The position numbers and the translations under genes are program-made. Shown piece by piece: positions 59,653-64,000 of a stretch of DNA of 64,000 nucleotides (within the stretch, counting starts at the first letter, position 1; each line of letters opens with the position of its first letter). The stretch is from Candidatus Cloacimonadales bacterium (GTDB lineage: Bacteria > Cloacimonadota > Cloacimonadia > Cloacimonadales > JAFGVF01). The DNA lies in assembly GCA_963667035.1 (NCBI GenBank), contig OY762964.1:992001-1056000 (forward strand), written 5' to 3'. Under the pieces are notes generated by a model. That model did no database searches, had not been told where the DNA came from, and worked only from the letters and a program-made list of their open reading frames with translations.

Positions 59653-60566
59653 TAATAAACATACTTTTTATTGTTTTCATACCATTCCTTTTTGTGGGAA
59701 TTGTTAACAAAACCAAAGCTTTTTGGGCCGGACGACGTGGTGCTCCCGTGTGGCAACCTTATGTTGATTTCATTCGTCTTATTAAAAAAAATGAAGTTAT
59801 AAGTCATACATCCGGATTTATATTCAATATATCAGGAGCCATCTCTTGTTCAACTGTCTTCACTGCCGCTTTGTTAATACCTTTCGGACAATATCATGCT
59901 GTGATAAGCTTTGAAGGTGATTTCGTTCTCTTTCTTTATTTAATGGGATTTGCAAAATTCATATCGGTGTTAGCAGCATTAGATACAGGTTCTGCTTTTG
60001 AAGGTATGGGAGCAAGTCGTGAGATGTCCTTTACTACTTTCCTTGAGCCTGCATTTTTCCTTATAGTCGCTTCCCTGATTTATGTTTCTGGTGCCGGAAC
60101 TCTAAGTGACTTGATATCTATGCATACGCTGAAACTCTCCAGTCAATGGTCATTGATGATAACAGCTTTGACAATACTAGCTTTGTTCATAATGATGTTA
60201 GTTGAAGGATCTCGTATTCCTTTTGACGACCCAACTACTCATTTAGAGTTAACTATGGTTCATGAAGTGATGGTTTTAGACCATTCAGGTCCAAATTTCG
60301 GTTTCATACAATATGCTGCGGCATTGAAAATGACAATTTTCGCTTCTCTTATCTCCTATTTCATTATACCTTGGGGATTGAACACTATAACTGTTACCGT
60401 TAGCTATCTAGGGTTTATGATTGCTCAAGCTCTTCTTCTTGGTAGTGTTGAATCTTTCATACCACGAGTGCGTATGACTCGTAATCCGGAACTGGTATTT
60501 GTACCACTAGCTTTAGCATTGTTAGCTCTTACTGCTCTTATAGTACTGGGTCATGGAGGTTTATAA
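59649..60566 (+). CDS. HyfC/HycD-like (NuoH-type) membrane subunit
   Basis: GRRGAP..QPY.D, FEGMGASRE, RIPFDDPTTHLELTMVHE. Confidence 0.9.
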   Translation: MIINILFIVFIPFLFVGIVNKTKAFWAGRRGAPVWQPYVDFIRLIKKNEVISHTSGFIFNISGAISCSTVFTAALLIPFGQYHAVISFEGDFVLFLYLMGFAKFISVLAALDTGSAFEGMGASREMSFTTFLEPAFFLIVASLIYVSGAGTLSDLISMHTLKLSSQWSLMITALTILALFIMMLVEGSRIPFDDPTTHLELTMVHEVMVLDHSGPNFGFIQYAAALKMTIFASLISYFIIPWGLNTITVTVSYLGFMIAQALLLGSVESFIPRVRMTRNPELVFVPLALALLALTALIVLGHGGL

Positions 60567-61201
60567 TGACTGATATATTGGCAATACTATTCGGAGTGAG
60601 TCTTTTGATCGCTTCCACGACTAATATGCTTGGGAAAATGATTCGAATATTAGCTGTGCAGGGTGTTATACTTTTTTTGATCACAATTACCAATATAACA
60701 GAGTTTAACTGGGTACAACTGGTTTTTGTCGCTCTTGAAACATTGGTTTTTAAGGCAATCATAATACCTTATCTCCTCGCTGACATGATAAAAAGAAACA
60801 ATATTGTTCGTGAAGTTGAACCTAAAGTTTCAAACTTCTTCTCGCTTTTTACTATGACGGTTATCTTTGCATTCGGTTTTCTTATGGGACATTGGGCAGG
60901 CAAGAATTCACCTAATGTGCACCCTCTTATCTTTGGGATTGCTTTTTCAGCAATTTTAAAAGGTCTCTTCATTATAATTACGAACAAGAAGTTGATTACT
61001 CATTTAATGGGCTATCTTGTGTTAGAGAACGGAATCTTTTTATTGTCTCTTGCAGCTTCTAGAGAAATGCCTTACATAGTAAGCTTAGGAGTTTCATTGG
61101 ATATTCTGCTATCAATTCTGGTTGCAGGCTTGTTTATTAACAAAATCAAATCAACATTTAATGAAGAAGATATCGACACTCTGTCGGATCTAAAGGACTA
61201 A
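60566..61201 (+). CDS. HyfE-like membrane subunit
   Basis: Multi-TM; GYLVLENGIFL; C-terminal LSDLKD. Confidence 0.85.
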   Translation: MTDILAILFGVSLLIASTTNMLGKMIRILAVQGVILFLITITNITEFNWVQLVFVALETLVFKAIIIPYLLADMIKRNNIVREVEPKVSNFFSLFTMTVIFAFGFLMGHWAGKNSPNVHPLIFGIAFSAILKGLFIIITNKKLITHLMGYLVLENGIFLLSLAASREMPYIVSLGVSLDILLSILVAGLFINKIKSTFNEEDIDTLSDLKD

Positions 61202-61203
61202 CA

Positions 61204-62607
61204 ATGTCTATCATTCTTATAATACCTGTAATATTCGTTATTTTGGCCTGGTGGAAACGTAATCCGATTTTGAACAATGCTTTAATGATATTGCATGCAA
61301 TCATACATATTGTTATGGTTCCTGTTTTGTACTTTATTCAGGATTCTCCTTTTAATGTTCCCTATTTTACGGTTGATTCTCTTGGAATCTTCTTCTATTT
61401 GATTTTAGCCGTATTATATCTTATTACTACTCTATATGGGGTAGGATTCATGAAGCACCCGGGAAGAACTCATAGTACTCTTACTGCAACAAGTATAATG
61501 ATGTTCATCTTTTCGATGGATGGAGCTCTTTTTGCTGATAACTTAGGCTTGTTATGGGTGTTTATTGAAGCAACCACATTAGCCTCGGCACTACTAATTA
61601 ACTATGATCAAAATCGTCATTCTCTAGAAGCTTCTTGGAAATATATCTTCATTTGTTCTATCGGTATAGCATTGGCATTCGTTGGAATATTACTCCTTTT
61701 TGTGGCAATGCCATCGGATTCTTCTCTTACATTCTCATGGATGATTGCACATGCAAATGAGTTATCTCCATTCTGGTTGAAGATTTCTTTTGTGTTTCTA
61801 CTTATTGGATTTGGTACCAAGTTAGGTCTTGCTCCAGTTCATGCTTGGTTACCGGATGCTCACTCTGAAGCTCCGGCTCCGGTATCAGCATTATTATCGG
61901 GTGCGTTATTAAATACTGCATTGGTGCCTATTCTCAGAATGATGCCGATAATGCAAATCGCACAGATTATGCCTATGGTAAGAACACTTCTTTTATTAAT
62001 GGGATTTTTATCCGTATTTATTGCTGCTGTTTTTATTGTACGCATACATAACTATAAACGTTTACTAGCATATTCTTCAATTGAAAACATGGGTATAGTA
62101 GCTATTGCTCTAGGTACCGGTGGCATAGCTCTGAATGCTATGTTTATGCATTTGCTGGGTCACTCACTGATTAAAGGAGCGTTCTTTTTGATCACAGGAA
62201 ATGTTTTAGCACTATACGGTACAAAGGATTCTGGAGAAGTAAAAGGTCTTCTTGAGAGAAACAGTAAAACAGGCTGGTTGTGGCTAACAGCTTTTTTGAT
62301 GCTATCGGCATTACCTCCTTCACCTTTATTCTTTAGCGAGTTTAAGTTAGCTCTTGGAATGATTGGCTCCGGACATGGTTGGTTACTCGCTTTGCTATTA
62401 CTTCTGCTTACATTTGTAGTTTATGGAATGGCAAAAGTAAGCTTAAGTATTACTATGGGTAAAGATGAATCAGATAAAAAGGTAATACTACCTGCTTATC
62501 AATGGATTTTACCAACAATACTACTTATCTTGGGAGTTACCGTTCTTATGATTCCTGGATTTATTCAGAATTTGATTGAGGAATCAATTAAGATTGTTAA
62601 CGGATAA
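61204..62607 (+). CDS. HyfF-like (NuoM/N-type) antiporter-like subunit
   Basis: WVFIEATTL, LEASWKY, GTKLGLAP.HAWLPDAHSEAP, KRLLAYSSIEN. Confidence 0.9.
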   Translation: MSIILIIPVIFVILAWWKRNPILNNALMILHAIIHIVMVPVLYFIQDSPFNVPYFTVDSLGIFFYLILAVLYLITTLYGVGFMKHPGRTHSTLTATSIMMFIFSMDGALFADNLGLLWVFIEATTLASALLINYDQNRHSLEASWKYIFICSIGIALAFVGILLLFVAMPSDSSLTFSWMIAHANELSPFWLKISFVFLLIGFGTKLGLAPVHAWLPDAHSEAPAPVSALLSGALLNTALVPILRMMPIMQIAQIMPMVRTLLLLMGFLSVFIAAVFIVRIHNYKRLLAYSSIENMGIVAIALGTGGIALNAMFMHLLGHSLIKGAFFLITGNVLALYGTKDSGEVKGLLERNSKTGWLWLTAFLMLSALPPSPLFFSEFKLALGMIGSGHGWLLALLLLLLTFVVYGMAKVSLSITMGKDESDKKVILPAYQWILPTILLILGVTVLMIPGFIQNLIEESIKIVNG

Positions 62608-62834
62608 ATACTGATTTGCTTGATAATTGTAAGTTGACACCCTTCTTTCGATTTGCAAAAACGCCGCCTGAGAAACCGAAGTGAAAAAACGTAAAAACGC
62701 TACCTACTTCGCATAGTTGAAAACACGAAACTGCATCGTCATCTCGCCGATGATCTGGAAACGGCATAGCCGAAATCCTCGACTCCGGACAGTTCGGAGT
62801 CGCCAACGGTATTAGTCGTGCACCAGGTTACACA

Positions 62835-63810
62835 TCAGTCCAAAGATTCTTCAAATTCAACCACAATCGTATTGAGGTAAGCCCTCAGATCGGACATCCA
62901 CTTCGGCTCGCTTTCATATGATTCCGATGTAGACCAAAGACAACGAGTGTAACGAATCAAGTTCCCATAACGATGAAAAAGCGATCCTTCGGCAAGCAAG
63001 TCTTCCTTCAGGCTACTCACTTGCAGGTATCCCTTCAGAAAGCTCTCACGGGCAATTTGTTTATATTGATCGGGTAACTCGTCTACCATGTTGTTAATGG
63101 TAACGATTACATCCATTACATACCAGTGATAGACCGTATCGTCGAAATCAATTACCGAAAACTCACCTTGCTCTTCGGAATAGAAAACATTGTCCAGTTC
63201 ATAGTCATAGTGGATCAAACCATACGTCTCAGGTGTATCCGATAACCGATTGAGACCCGCGCGAAGTTGAACAAGCTCATCGAATACCTTGTCAGGAGCA
63301 TGGCATTCTCGCAAAACCGATTCAACCTTGGATAACTGCTTTTTCCAGCTCGGACGTAAAGGTTCTGACGGATGATAAGCTCGACTGAGATTATGCAATT
63401 TGCCCAGAGTCTGTCCGTATCCCGTGAACAGACTATCGGAATATTCAAGGCTCTCCATTTTTTTTCCCGGCAATACGCTTGAATACAACCGCAATAAATC
63501 GCCCCCAATCTGTATTAATAACCAGCAATTCCGAACCATTTTTCGTTGGAACTATTTCTGGTACCGAAAAACAACGTTCGCGGAGGTAAGCGAGGAAATT
63601 CAATTCGGCTTGAACGGATTCTACCTCCTTTTCTTCCACTGGTGCAAAACGCAAGAAACAGATTTCCCCAAATCGATAAAACGGGTACACTGCATTGGCC
63701 GATATACGGAACTGGTCAAGAATGGAAATAGCATCTTCATCATATTGCCAGTGTGAAAGTAAACTCAATACCAAGGGCCTGTTGTCCACAAGATTTTTCA
63801 ATTTCATCAT
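62835..63810 (-). pseudogene. APH/choline-kinase-like phosphotransferase split by a frameshift in an A8 run
   Basis: N-half MMKLKNL...FKRIAGKK (ATG 63810, GGAG RBS) joins C-half MESLEY...IHYDYELDN...IDFDD if the T8 at 63458-63465 were T7. Confidence 0.8.
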
Positions 63811-64000
63811 AAGCAACTCCATTTCAATATTATTATTTGTAGCACTGTAATATAAGTCCATCCTGTCAAGTGCAAACAGCGAATTGCATCTATTACATCC
63901 CCCCACTTGGCAGAAGTTTACAGACGCTCGGTTTTCCACCCAAGCATCTACTGTCACTTCAAGAACTGGAATTAGGGAGAACATGCTATCACAAAATGGG

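Noticed and set aside
62740..62834. Possible integron attC site downstream of the phosphotransferase
   Set aside because: A hairpin and a GCCAAC are present, but I could not pair R'/R'' and L boxes, and no integrase is in the window
63811..63984. N-terminal extension of ORF 63445..63984
   Set aside because: GGAG RBS precedes the ATG at 63810; the upstream part looks non-coding

Overview
AT-rich chromosomal window from an anaerobic, diderm bacterium. It is probably Cloacimonadota or another FCB-group lineage, inferred only from the FlgD-type 'YPNP...VYNLKGQ' C-terminal domain and the gene content. Housekeeping and metabolic genes include pyruvate:ferredoxin oxidoreductase, tag, pyrB-C-K-D behind a PyrR-binding loop, kdsD, dtd, gcvPA/PB, tRNA-Ser(GGA), dnaX, plsY, der, NatAB-like ABC genes, M6 and M42 peptidases and two two-component systems. 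Accessory content: (1) a three-gene Zn-ribbon / CHAT protease-STAND ATPase-TPR / 3-TM module that looks like an uncharacterised NLR-like defence system; (2) a complete compact type II-C CRISPR-Cas9 locus with tracrRNA and 13 spacers, whose repeats carry a TTGACA box; (3) an IS481-like element inserted in a REP-like doublet; (4) a six-gene Ehr (hydrogenase-like, no Ni ligands) complex; (5) a pseudokinase-PASTA / lipoprotein / PEGA envelope cluster; (6) a frameshifted phosphotransferase in a GC-richer segment. Four unrelated intergenic elements share an 11-bp-periodic, partly palindromic architecture. All calls are by eye from motifs; no database searches were run.
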